From the human T2T-CHM13v2.0 reference genome, Homo sapiens, in NCBI RefSeq assembly GCF_009914755.1, contig NC_060937.1: 64,000 bases of DNA, one strand, 5' to 3'. The notes beneath the pieces are model-generated. The model did no database searches and had not been told where the DNA came from. It was given only the letters and a program-made list of their open reading frames with translations. Shown one piece after another: positions 1-13,824 of this stretch. How positions within the stretch are numbered: position 1 is the first letter of the stretch; the number at the start of each line of letters is the position of its first letter. A program made the translations under genes and the position numbers.

Positions 1-1220
1 TGAAAATTATTGTGGGGTGATGCATTATTTATAATTTAAATTTATTAGTATAAAACTTCTATATAATACCTGGCTACCTTAAAGTGTAAAAATAGATATG
101 AACTTATTGTTATAGACTCCTGGAGGTTATTTCTGCTTAAGTAAACATACACCATATTTATACATAATGGAGATCACATTCTACTTGAAGTGTGTGTATG
201 TGTTTGTGTTTATGTAAGTTTAGTGAAAAATATTGTTATCCACATTAGCTTCTGGCTGTTCCATATACTTAAAGAATGCATGATCATAAATAAATGCTGG
301 TTAAAATATTATGCTGTCATATACACACATTTCATTTGGCACATGTGACATTTTAGAAAAATAAGGAAAAAACTTCTTGAAATCTTCTGTTAAGCAATAT
401 CTTTATAGCCATGATTTAAAAAATTTGAGTAGAGAAGATTGAACACTGAAATGAAAAAAGGACCTTGTAATTTACTTGTTACTTTTTTATTTGCACTTAA
501 TTTATTGAAAACAAACAAAAAAACACGTGGATTTATTTTTCCTTCTTAAAAAATTTTCAAGGTTGAGCACACAACAGACTCAAATATTCCACAACTTAAA
601 AAAATGGATACTTGAATTCATCCTTCTGTTATCCAGATTCACTGGGTTTTGATAGTCTGCTTTTGCTAGGAAATGAAGCTGTACACTTCGGTGTGGAAAC
701 TGTTCTTCAGTATATTTGAAGATTTGAATTTGAATTAGCTGATTATACCTCAGCCTTCAGTTCCAGGTTTTACCTCACCCTTTAGTTTCAGGTTTTAAAA
801 CAACAATGATACAGAAAAGTGCTTTCTTAATCTTTTATTTATTAAACCTATTTCACCATCTTTCAAATCCCTTAGAAACTGCCATGGATTAGCATCAAAG
901 AGTGTAATGAAAATGTTGAAAATAAGGTACAGTCCAATCAAAGCTATGTTTTGCATTGCAAATTAAAAACATATTTTTTCTAAATGGAGATAAAGTATAT
1001 GGAAAATTCCTCCAAAAAGCATAATTTATTAAATTATTTTTTGCATCTCTGAGGTTAGTGACATTGTGTAATAAACATTTTTAAGATATTCATAGTTATT
1101 CATATATTTGTTTATGTTAATTGCTATTAATAACAGCAACATAGAACTATAATGCCTCAAAAGAGTAGGATATTTCAAACCTTGTAAAACAATGCTTAAT
1201 AATCTTGAACTTTTGGTTGA

Positions 1221-1388
1221 GAGCCAGGCACAGTGAATCATGCCTGTAGCCCCAAATACTCAGGAGGCTGAGGTGGTAGGATCGCTTGAGTCCAGGAGTT
1301 GGAGGCTGAAGGGAGCTGTGATTGCACCACTGCACTCCAATCTGGGTGATAGAGTGAGACCCTGTGTCAAAAACAGAAAAAAGAAACA
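1221..1388 (+). mobile_element. FRAM-type free right Alu monomer
   Basis: Single Alu right-arm monomer (gccaggcacagtg...gagtgagaccctgtgtc plus A-rich tail). Flanked by 11-bp direct repeat gaacttttggt at 1207-1217 and 1389-1399. Confidence 0.8.
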
Positions 1389-2107
1389 GAACTTTTGGTA
1401 AGAATGTCAGAGATACAAAAACAATCCATTTAGTGTTCAAGAAATAATTCAATGACATTTTATAGAAAATAATGCAGATAAGTAAACGGTTTATCTTCAT
1501 TCATTATTTAGCAAATATTATGGGGACACATTTACAGTTACGTAATGGAAGTGTTGTCTAAAATCTACTGATAAAGACAAATTAAAATAGCAATTATAAA
1601 AATTATATTAAAATTGACATTTATTTACATTGTACCTTACTAAGAGAAAACAATCATTGTTTAAAGGATTTTTTTTTATTATTTCAAAACAGTCTTCAAA
1701 TAATGATAAGGTTCAAGACAAAAGTCACTTAATAAAGTTAATATATTTAATGTTGCCCACACAAATAATGCATATTTTTAAAATCATACATAAAATTTGA
1801 CAAATGCATATAAAATTAAGTAACCATGTAGAATATCACATTAAATTTCTAGTTTTATAAGAATTAAGTATTTGTATCGGCAATTTCAAAAAACATTAAT
1901 TTTATTAGGTGATTTTTGTCCCTGATAGCTATAGTTTTTTTGTTTGGTTCCTTTTTGGTTTTTCTTTTTGTTGATACTATTGCCAATATGTGTTATGATG
2001 TGAGAAAGAATAGGGATAAAGATGATGATAACTAATTTAAAAGGTTCTATATCAAAACAGAAATATAAATTTTCTGTAATTTAAAAATGTAGGATATAAA
2101 ATTATAT

Positions 2108-2411
2108 TTATTTTACTTTATTTTATTTTGAGACATGATCTGGCTCTATCACCCTGGCTGGAATGCAGTGGCGTGAACTTGGCTCACTGCCACCTCCACC
2201 TCCTGGGCTCAAGTCATCCTCTCACCTCAGCCTCCCACGTATCTGGGACTACAAGCACACACAGCATACCAGGCTAACTTTTTGTATTTCTTGTTGAGAT
2301 GGGGTTTCACCATGTTGCCCAGGCTCACCTTGAACTCTTGGACTCAAGCTATCTGCCTGCCTTCGCCTCCCAAAATGTTGGGATTACAGGCGTGAGCCAC
2401 TGTGCATGGCC
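2108..2411 (-). mobile_element. AluJ (Jb-like)
   Basis: Reverse-complement Alu dimer with T-rich tail, AluJ-type ctcctgggctcaag, and ending gtgagccactgtgcatggcc. Confidence 0.9.
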
Positions 2412-2829
2412 TATATTTTTAATTATACAAAAATCAGATACTATTTGTTATTATCTTAACCTTTTACTTCCTCTCCTTGAGGTAATCTTATTTATTTCTT
2501 AATATTTATTTCTGTATCTTTCTCAGTGCACATGATCACACATATATGGTTTTTTATGTGCACTTGACTGTAGAATACATATTATTTTAAATATATATAG
2601 TATATTTATCAAAACAGTAACAAAAAATAAGAGAAGTTGTTTTATGCCAAAAAAGCATTGAAAATTCTAACTAGAAATCTTGAAGTCCTGATTTTCCAGT
2701 TAAAATATCACAAAAAATATATAACAAAAATGTGAGCCAAAATAAGAAAACAACTAACTCTCTAGCACTTTTTTTGAGACAAGTAAGCTTTTAAAAATAG
2801 TGTGTTATTAGTTCACAAATCAGTTGTTT

Positions 2830-3458
2830 AGATTCTTCAGTGGTGTCCTATCACACTGAGAATTAAATCAATACCCAACCAAGGTTTGGCCTGAGCTGGT
2901 CCCCAGTTACCTCTCTAATCTCATTGAACTTTCTTGAGCCTACTAAGCCTTCTGCTTCTTCAGAAAGTTTTCCCTTTTATTCTCTTTATGAAACTTCCCC
3001 AGATATTTTCATGGTTGGCTTCTTCATTTTATTTGAGATTCTGCTTAAATATCACTTCCTTAGAGAAGCCGTTTCTGAATAACATGTCAAAAATTCTAGC
3101 TCCTTATTCTCTTTTCCACTGCCTTGCTTAATTTTTCTTCTTTGCATTTATTAATGCCTTAAACATATAGAAGTGTATTTTTATGTTTTGTTCCTCCACC
3201 CGGAATTTAAACCTTATACAGTTAAGGATGTGTTGTGTCTTTTTTAGGGTGGCCAAATGTTGTGGTTGGTGTGAGACGGGGGAAGGGGAGTAGGGAGGTT
3301 CTCAGGATGTGGCACTTTCAGTGCTATCACTGAGATGGCCCATGGCAAACCAGAATGTTTGATCACCCTAGTTGTTCACTGTTCCTTGCCTTTTACTTGG
3401 AATAAGGGTGGGTGGTTACATGGTAGATGCTTAATAACTATTTATTGAATCAATGAAG
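2830..3458 (+). mobile_element. L2a 3' end, interrupted by MER81
   Basis: L2-like ctgcttaaatatcacttccttagagaagcc and L2 terminus tagatgcttaataactatttattgaatcaatgaa. Confidence 0.7.
3245..3370. mobile_element. MER81-like hAT MITE
   Basis: Terminal inverted repeats tagggtggcca ... tgatcacccta about 125 bp apart, inserted within the L2. Confidence 0.7.
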
Positions 3459-3570
3459 CAGTGAATTTAAACTTGAATTTAAATGTTAAATTCAACAATA
3501 ATTTTTTAAAGTTTTGTAACAACGGAGGTGGATTTTCTGGTGTCAGCTTGGGTTTTGGATGATTGGAGAA

Positions 3571-3641
3571 TTTTCATGGCTCCTCTGAAACCAGTACACG
3601 AAGAAAACAAACAAGTACTGGTTTCAGAGGAGCCATGAAAA
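3571..3641. repeat. Perfect 27-bp inverted repeat (hairpin 1)
   Basis: ttttcatggctcctctgaaaccagtac (3571-3597) is the exact reverse complement of 3615-3641, with a 17-nt loop. Confidence 0.97.
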
Positions 3642-3720
3642 AGTAGGTGGAGAGAATTTTAAGGGCTCCACAAGTATGCAAAAACTTGTGGAACCCATAA
3701 AATTCTCTCCACCTACTTTT
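3639..3720. repeat. 37-bp inverted repeat (hairpin 2)
   Basis: 3639-3675 pairs with 3684-3720 with 2 mismatches and the 8-nt loop atgcaaaa. Confidence 0.95.
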
Positions 3721-4067
3721 AAGATAGCTGACTTCAATAATTTTCAGCTCATAGTTCAACATTAATTTTCCATAGAAAGCCTATATTATGGTGTTTAAGA
3801 GTTCTGATTGTATACTTTTATAGCATCTGCACTTGTCTGAATAGTCCTTTGCTCAATGCCTATCTGCCCTTTAGACTTCACATTTCATAAATTCAAAGAT
3901 CATGTCTGTCTTGCTCACTGCTGATTCTTTGACATCTAACACAACCAGTACATCCTTATTTGAGTTCCCTGTAGCACATTGTTTCACAGAAAAGCAGACA
4001 TTTTTCTGGTTACAAATTACTGCTATAATATGCAATATAACCTCTGTGTATGTGTGTGTATAAAATG

Positions 4068-4068
<1 letters not shown>

Positions 4069-4136
<68 letters not shown>
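4069..4136. repeat. (AC)n(AT)n compound microsatellite
   Basis: Read directly from the sequence. Confidence 0.97.
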
Positions 4137-5349
4137 GTGCCATGCATTTTGTATTCTTACACATCAGTATGATAAACACCTCTCTTCTGTGCTTGGGAAA
4201 ATTTGAGTGTCTCTCTATTCCTTGCACTCAAAGAGAAGTAGCTAAAAATACAGGGTGAAGAAAAAAGACAATGTTGGGAAAAGAGCTGCAGTGGGTACCT
4301 AGGACATATCTGTGGAAATTATAATCAGGGAGAAGACTAGACTCTTAATATTTGGAAAGACTATGAGTCTTAATGAATTTATCAGAATTGCTAGCCAAAC
4401 TCAAAAAAAAATTAGGTTGTGTATTTTCCAGATCGATGGAGAAAATAAATAAGACCCTATGTAGTATTCAATATATTATATCAATAAATTATTCCGTTAG
4501 ATTGAAATTGTCACATACTCAGAAAAAAAATACACTTTGGAATTTGTTGTTTTATTTCTCATAGCTTTTTTTTTAAAGCAAATTATTTAAAACGTTAGCT
4601 GACTGAGCTGTAACGAAAGAAAAGATAGAAATGGTTTGCTTCTGAGTAGCAAGAGGATGGAGAAGCACCAGGAGGCCACAAGTCTCCTTTCATTCTGCAA
4701 CTTTGTGGATGGCATTCTAATGGAGGAATAGAGATGGTATGAGGTGGAGGCCCTCAATAATGCCAACTGGATGCTGCAAAGACAATCTTTCTTCATTAGA
4801 AACTGCTTTCACTGTGCATATGTGTTTAAAACCGACCGACCTTCTTTTTCCCTGCAACCTGTCTTCCCTCTCCTTTATTGGCTGGCTGAAAACACAAATA
4901 ATTTCTGCACTTCTCCTGATTAACCTGGACTCACTCTGATCGCTTTTCTCATTTACTACACCTCAAAACTTGCACTGTGATTGTGCAGTTTTAATTTGCT
5001 CTCATTTATCTGTTGCTTTTTAAAGGTGGCAAAATATTTTAAATCTCCCACTCAATTGTCAACTCTTTGAAGACAGGTATCCTAGATTTTATTGCTTTTA
5101 CACCCTCCCCCAGAACTTAGTAGAATGTTCTGGCCATGTGAGCAATGAAGAATTAAACTAAGGCAGCCTGAGAGTCTCAGCTTTTCACTAAAGTTGTGTT
5201 ACTCTGAAAAAGATATCCACGTTTTGAAATGTGCTAAACAACACAAAGGCATTTGTTTTACAAAGCCATGTTTTCAAAATTATAACTAAATTTAGAATTT
5301 ATGAATTATACTTTATTTTGGTACATAATAGGCACTCAAATTCTTTCGG

Positions 5350-5553
5350 AGTTTTTAATGTATAACTTACATACAATAAAATGTATTCATTTAAAGTGTA
5401 CAGTCTGATGAGTTTTGACAAATGTATATACTTGTTTACCCTCCACTCCAGTCTAGACACAGAATAGTTCCATTGCCCCAAAACATTCTCTCCTGCTCTC
5501 TGTCAGTATTCCCCAACGACTGGATGAGACAACAACTAATATGATTTCTATTA
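5350..5553 (-). mobile_element. L1ME/L1MB 3' end fragment
   Basis: tataacttacatacaataaaatgtattcatttaaagtgtacagtctgatgagttttgacaaatgtatata is the typical reverse-strand 3' end of old L1M elements. Confidence 0.75.
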
Positions 5554-6938
5554 AAGGAAAATTAATTCGTCTTAAACAGAATCTATGTGAGTTTCGTATC
5601 GAGGACACAGTTCAATTTGCTAATGGGGCTGTAATTTGAGAAGCAAAAAAAGAGTTAAGAATCATGATAACTTTTCAGAAGAACCTAGGGAAGAAGTGAA
5701 AGCGTCCCCAACCCTGAACGTTTTATTTTTTTCAAAGGTATTCAATTAATTATTTGGTGTACCCCCTAAACTTGGTTATGGCAAATTGGCCTTTTGTGTA
5801 TGCTATGGAAAAATAATAATACTGAGTAGCAATAATGAAAGAGTATGTTTTTCATTTGATTAAAAATTTATACATAATTGATATATTAATATATTATTGA
5901 TTTGAACCACAAGAACAATTAATTTATAAACCCTTTGTAATTATTCATTTTCACTTTAGTTCATCAAGAAATTTGGAAGTACATTAACATGAATTAAAAC
6001 TTATTCTCCATACTAGGTAGTAGTAAGTAAGTTTGTCTTTACTTCTCTCTCTTTCTAATTTAGGGGCTTTAAAAATATTTTATTGAAATTGTATATAATG
6101 TAACAAAATAAGGCAACTATACATAAAATCGCTGGAAAAATTATACTTCGGTTCTAGAAAATTATATTTAATAAGAAGATATCACATTGTTACACAAGCT
6201 TTTGCGACATATATTTGAATGTAAAAAAAAGAAACAATATTTCATAAAGTTCATGTTCCTTGGAGGTCCTTATTATGAAAAGCTATGCTGCCTTGTATTA
6301 CTCTGATACATTCTATTCTTTATTAGAATTCAATCTTTGTGCTTGGCAAGGTGTTGTGGCATATATTATATGCAGAACTGAGAAAGAATATTTTGCATGT
6401 ATATTAAGAGCTACATATTAATCATCCTGGCTTCCAGGCCATTACAGTGAATTGACTTATAAGTTGCTATGAATCTGGTTATTCTATGCAGGGCACTTCA
6501 GGTAAAAAATATTTTATAAACAAAGAAGGGTAGGAAGTAGTAGTTTACTGATTTTTTTTTAACTTTCTTGAAATGACATGACGTTTTTGGAAGTATATCT
6601 AAAAGGATTTCAAATTTTCTCATGAATAATTTTACAGTTCCAAAGAGGTTGGTTTTGTGATAGGAAAACTGTTCATTTGTGTTTGTAATGTGGTCTTTGA
6701 ACTGTACTCTGAACTTCCATAGCTCATTTTAGAGGTAGTAGTTTGGGTGGCATGCCCTGTAGTCCTTAGCGTATTTTTTTTTACGACGATTTTTTACGGT
6801 AATAATTTTGTTACTTTTACTTTTGCTAGTCATTCTATTTCTTGACTCAGATCTTAGTATATTTATTTAAAATGTGACATGAGGAAAATATATATATATA
6901 TTTAGTATATATATATATGTACACGAAAGTTTTTCTAG

Positions 6939-7294
<356 letters not shown>

Positions 7295-8199
7295 AAACTC
7301 AGGTTTTTTAATATGCACGAATGCAAATACACATTCCCTACTAAATCATGCTACTAATTTTTATATTCTCATAAATTTAGACAATGATGTTTAACACGAA
7401 GAAATAAAAGCAAGTGTCTTTTAAATATCAACCATGGACAAAGTGCCAATTAAATGCTTAATATTCAACTTAATTTTAACTGTAATCCTATAAAGTCAGT
7501 ACTGTCTCTAGTTTGTACAAGAGAATCATTCTCAAAAAGTTCAAATACAGTTTGACCAAATGTATAAAATAATGAGGAACATAAACACAATTTAATCAAG
7601 GATGTAATTCTATATTTATCTGCCTACATGCCTGAGGACAATTTTGGTTCTAGAATGTGATCATTTCTGTTGCAGGATCTATACTCATTCTGCCTCCATT
7701 TGACATGGTGGCTGTAACTCCTATCCAGTATCCTTTATTCATTTCCTTAAGAACATTATTTAACCTCTATGTGTGTGTGGTTTTTTTTTTTTTTGTCTCT
7801 TCCTTCAAAAGGAAGATAAGAACAATATCTATCTCATGTAATGGTTGTACATTTTAAACAAAAATAACTTAGACAACTGCCTGGAAAATATTCTAAAAAC
7901 TATTACAGTATGGTTCTACTAGTAATATAGGTGGTAATAGTGGTGGCAGCATTAATAGTAGTCGTAATGGTAGCAGCAGTAGTAGCATCAGAAAAAGGAG
8001 TAGGAAGATAATGATATACTGTTCATTGACTGTTCCGTAGTGGAAATTTACTTATATAATAGATATGAATTAGTTTACAGTAAAGCACATACATGTAAGT
8101 TTTCTTTTTATTTTGTTTCCTAATCAGTATTTTAAAGGTGTATCACCTGTGAATTCTACCAATTCCTATGGCATACCTTCTAGATAAGCTTGATTCCAT

Positions 8200-8506
8200 T
8201 TCCCCAGCTCCTCATTGTTGGTCTCTAATTGTCAAATGAGGATAACTGTAGTTAGTTACTTTACAGATTTGCTGTGAAGACTGAAGAATACCTGCATATC
8301 AGTCATTTTGTAGACTCTAGTACACAGTAGTTCAGTGTACCTTAGCTTTTTCTACTGGCTCTGTGACTGATTTAGTCATTGACCTTGACCAGCAAGTTAC
8401 ATTTCCTCACTGGGTTTCGGTTTTTTCACCTGTATAAAGAAAGTTCTAAAATAAATACATGGTGAAATAGTAGAGGAATTGAACCAAATGGTTTCTAAGT
8501 CTCTTT
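8200..8506 (+). mobile_element. MIR/MIR3 fragments
   Basis: MIR core-like tgaccttgaccagcaagttacatttcctcactgggtttcggttttttcacctgtataa and caaatgaggataa. Confidence 0.55.
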
Positions 8507-8615
8507 GAACCAAAACGCAACCAAAAAAACAAAAACAACAACAACAAAAACTACAGATTATTTGAACAGCAAAATATAACCTGTAGAACAATCTAATCAG
8601 TTCAACTTATATTTA

Positions 8616-9021
<406 letters not shown>

Positions 9022-10839
9022 TTATTCTAATAAGGTAAGAGGATGGAAGATAAACATTTCGATTAATTTTTTAAAAACACTACAGTTCTTAATGATCTTA
9101 GTAAAAAAGAAAGTAACTTTCTCCAGTATTCTTGCCACAAGTAGGTGAGATTTGAAGTTGTTTAAATTACTGCCAAAAGCAAGAAGAGGAGATAGAGAGA
9201 GAGAGAGGAAGGAAGGAAGGAAGGAAGGGACTGGCAACAGGAAAGAGAGACTATAATAGACCAAATGGTGGAGTGTAGGACTAAGAACACAAGTGGAAGA
9301 CAGATTGTTGATTAGGTGGATATTTTCCTGGTCATTAGACTTAGAAAGAGCAAAGGCTGGGGGCAGACAAAACACATTTGTGCTTCTGTGCAAAGTATAG
9401 TTCCTTTCCATTTGATGCATTCAATTACTGCCATGAAATAATGAGTTGTTGAAATGGTGGTTCTTAAGAATATACTGCACAGAACCAGATATGAAGACAG
9501 AGATGGCTCACAGTATGCATTAAAGAGTTTTTTTCCCCTCTTATAACAAAAAATGGGGCTTTAATATAGGATTTAGTCACAGGCTAACATGATAAAAGCA
9601 ATATTTAAGGAACATTCTTGGCTGCTACATTAGAAAGAGATAAAATAAATTGGATAGTAAAATAGAAAATAACATGCCAAGAGATGTAAAAGCTTCTGCT
9701 TCTGGCTATGGTTCTTGACAGTATCTAACTATGCAATTTTGTGAAATAAATTCACCTCTAACTTACCTTTTAAAATGGGTTGTTCCAGCATTATCCAGAT
9801 CTAAAATTATGTCAGTAGAAGTAGAGATTTATAAAAATCAAGATAAAAAATATGAGGGCTTGTAATAAGTGGTTAACACTAAAGTGGAGGGGGATTAGCT
9901 AACTAAATAAATAAACGTGTATATTTATTATTTATATGATTGCAAAATAAAAATAAGGCTATTAGCATGATCTTTCATGACCAGAAATCACAGTTTGAAT
10001 CCTGGTTTTTCAACCACTCTGACAAAATGGGAATAGCAAAAATATTTAATAAAGTTTTGGAAATGGTTAAATAAGAATATACAAATAAAACCTATCACAA
10101 TATGGACCATTATCAATGTCCTTTTCATTGAGGATTGGATATTGCTGAAAGAAGGGAACAAACAATAAGGAACTATAAGGTGTTACAGTTACTCCAACCA
10201 CAGTGAACTATCTATTTACATCCATCATGTTTCCCTTACTATGAGCTGCTTTTTAGATTGATCTAAAATCTAAAATCTGTTTCATAATTCTTCCTGAAAT
10301 TTCCCCAAGTCTTACTCCAAGTTCCTCTCACTTGATGCCATAGTCTCCAGCCTACACTTTAACCCTGTACTCCCATTGTGCTTGCCTTTATCTCTGATTT
10401 TATTTGTGTTAGTTGTTTTTGTGTGTCTCTAATTCTGCATCCTTCATGTTCAAGGCAGTATCTTTGATTCATGCTTGTGTCACAGACAACTTAATATAGT
10501 GCAAAAGGTGGCCCTCAGATGTTTGATAAAAACCAGAACAAACATACAAATAGGTTTGGGAGCTTCATATCTGAAGAGCATGAATATATCTGTACTCTTA
10601 ATAAATTCTCCAGATATTTCACATATGTATTCTAAAATTTAGAAGAGCTCACACTAGTATTAAGTAGGATTGAATCAATCAATAAATTGTATCTGTATTA
10701 AAATTTGTAAGGTAGTATTTGGAATAAAAATATTTAAAAGCAAATGGAGTTTGTTAGTATGTCTAGAATGAATAAATTTATATTTCATTTTTGACTCTAG
10801 GAGACTAATACTAATGATACTAAAATTGATGAGAAATTT

Positions 10840-10919
10840 ACATGGCACATGTATACATATGCAGCTAACCTGCACATTGTGCACATGTACCCTAAAACTT
10901 AAAGTATAATTAAAAAAAA
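10840..10919 (+). mobile_element. ~80-bp extreme 3' end of a young L1PA (PA3-like)
   Basis: catggcacatgtatacatatg...cctgcacattgtgcacatgtaccctaaaacttaaagtataat followed by poly(A). Confidence 0.9.
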
Positions 10920-11419
10920 GATATTTGAGACTGGAGAAAAAGTTAACAGGGGGGCTCTTTAGTTGACCTGTAATTTTGTGAAAAGTTGTTGCAATCCTAG
11001 TGATGTTCAAAAGATCCATGGAATATTTTGGAATCATGGAAGAGTCTTGTGGGAAAATACACACAACTCCGGTAACAAATTTATATCACTTACTCTACTA
11101 TATCACTAGTTTAACACTTTATATACTCCTCACATTCTTGGTTCAACTTTCTATGGCGTGATCTATTTTGTTATATAAATTATATGTCACTTGAATTATG
11201 CTTTTTAAATTAAAATGAAAAATAATCTTGTATTCCACAATCTCTACTTTTGATAGATTCTTAGATATTAATGTTAAACCAACCCATTCTATAGATTCAT
11301 AAAGTTAAGTTACAGAAGTGAAGTAATCCAATAAAACCGCATAGCTCGTTACTGTCAGTGCTTTAGAATCCTCATACAGCTTTGCAAAAATATGCTTAAC
11401 CAGCCACTAAATTCTCTAG

Positions 11420-11715
11420 AGATAAGAAGAGGAAAACCTGGAGTAAGGAGAGGAAAATAAGGGTCATGGAAACCAAAGAAGAGGGTTTCAGGAAAGAAGC
11501 AATAATTAAAAGTGTGAAATGCACTTGAAAGCTCAGAAAGGGAAGAATTGTAACAGATGGATTGAGACTAATTGCAGATCAGTGGTGATTTTATAAAGAC
11601 AATTTTGTAGAGCATGCAATGGTGAAGCAAATTTAAATCTGATGATGAAAAAATGGAATAGCTCCAGACATTTATTTGTGAAGTATGGACATGAAAAAAA
11701 GGTAAGAGAAAGGAG
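11420..11715 (-). mobile_element. L2 fragment
   Basis: gtcatggaaaccaaagaagagggtttcagg...gtgtgaaatgc matches the reverse-strand L2 pattern. Confidence 0.6.
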
Positions 11716-12574
11716 GAAAATAACATGCCATGAGCTCTTCCTACTTGTCAGTGACTAGGCTAAGTGCTGTAAGTATACGCTAGCCTATTTACTATGTGAA
11801 CAATTTATATCCTACATATTATTTTATTAATTATAGAAAAAAGTTAAAGTTTGAAGCAGTTGTTTGGAGGGTGAGTATTATAACGTAATTTACAAATCTA
11901 ACACACCGTAGGTGATAGAATCAAGACCCAGAATATATGTAAACTTGAAGACAAAGATGAATGCACCCTGAGAGAGACATACTAGCTAGGACAGGTTTCA
12001 CATTTGAGAGGAAACTTCTCAAAAGTCCAGAAGAGATGGTAATTCTTCTGGTAATAGAGTAATAGGATGGATAAGCTTTACAGAAAAAGACAGTATGTTA
12101 ACCTGGTAAGTTTGAAGTAAGAGATAGTAAAGGTTTATGTTAATTACCTTTCTCTGTACTTGTTAAAAAGAGCCTAGCTTTCTTAGCTGCCTCTTTTGCT
12201 GAGCAATATCAATTTAAACCCCCAGATTACCACTCTAATGACCATAGAGATGTATATATCTTTATTTATCTTATATGTTGTGTTACAAACCTATAGTTTA
12301 TGAACTAGAAAGATGACTCTAGCTAAAAAACATATTTCTGTTTCAATTAAAAAGAAATTTAACAGTGTTAATACTCCCACTTTTTGTTTGTTGGACATTT
12401 TCTAAGAGGATACTTGATACTGCATGGTTATGAGTAATTGTTTGCTTAAGGATGACCTGGCTTACTAGTTTACTAGCATACTAGCATTTTTAAAGATAAT
12501 ATAAAAAATCAATTAGTGTTATTTATTTTTAACATTTTATAAAATAAAGCAAATGAGATTCAAAAGAGAATAGA

Positions 12575-13820
12575 TGTTCTCCAGGTTCATCCATGATGTT
12601 GTAAATGACAGAAATTTTGTATTTTTTATGGCTGTGTAGTATTCCATTTTATATACCACAATTTATACATTCATCCACTGTTAGGCACTTAGGTGGATTC
12701 TATGTCTTGGCTATTGTGAATAATCATACAATACACATAGGAGTACAGATGTCTCTCCAATATGCTCTTCAATTACACAGCAATTTAGCAGTATCTGCAT
12801 AAGCAATTTTATCAGTTACACCCACCTACTATTGGGTATATATTCAAAGGTATGAAATTAGTATCTTTTTGACATACTGATTTCATATCCTTTGAATATA
12901 TACCCAATAGTAAGATTGCTGCATCATTTGGTAGGTCTAATTTTAATGTTTCAGGGACCTCCATAATATTTTCCATTATGGCTGTGCTAATTCACATTCT
13001 AAGCAGTCGTTGGAAGGGCTCCCATTTCTCCACATTCTTGCCTCAGATTATCTTTTTTTTTAAATAATAGTCATTCTAACAAGAGTGAGAAGGTTTTGAT
13101 TCAATTTTCCTAATTATTAGTGATGCTGAGCATTTTTTTTATATATCTGTTAAGCATTTGTGTGTCTTCTTTGAGAAATATCTATTTAGGAATTTTGTCC
13201 CCCTTTTTAAACAGGTTGTTTTTTCTCTATTGAGTTGATCGAGTTCCTCATATATTTTGGATATTAAACCCTTAACAGATGTATAGTTCACAAATATGCA
13301 AATATTTTCTCCCACTTTTAGGCTGTCTCCTCATTCTGTTGATTGTTTCCTTTGCTGTGCAAAAGATTTTTAGTTTGCTGTAATCTCATTTATCTAGTTT
13401 GCTTCTCTTGTTTCTGCTTTTATGCTCTCATCCAAAACATCTTTGCCTAGAATACTGTCATGAAACTTATGTTTTCTTCTAGTAGTTTCATAGTTTCAGG
13501 TATTATATTTAAGTTTTCAATCCATCTTGAGCTGATTTTTTTCATATGGTGAGAGATAAGGGTCTCATTTTATTCTTCTACATGTGGATATCCAGTTTTC
13601 CCAACACCATTTATTGAAGAGACTGTCCTTTTCTCAGTGTGTATTCCTGGCTCCATTGTCAACAACCTGTAGGCTATAAGTGTGTGGATGTGTTTCTGGG
13701 CTTTTTATTCTGATACATCAGTCTATGTGTCTGTTTTCATGCCAGTACCATGCTTTTTTGGTTACTATATTTTTGTAGTATAGTTGGAAGTCAGGTATTG
13801 TGATGCCTTCAGCTTTTTTT
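12575..13820 (-). mobile_element. L1MA, inverted 5' segment of a twin-primed insertion
   Basis: Reverse-strand L1 ORF2 end and 3'UTR start (ttctccaggttcatccatg, ttttcccaacaccatttattgaagagactgtcc). Shares TSD agaatag[a/t]tgttc (12567-12579 and 14249-14261) with the sense segment. Confidence 0.85.
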
Positions 13821-13824
13821 ATTT

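Noticed and set aside
3571-3720. Hairpins as rho-independent terminators or a CRISPR-like repeat unit
   Set aside because: The context is eukaryotic, with no repeat-spacer periodicity and no cas or operon genes.
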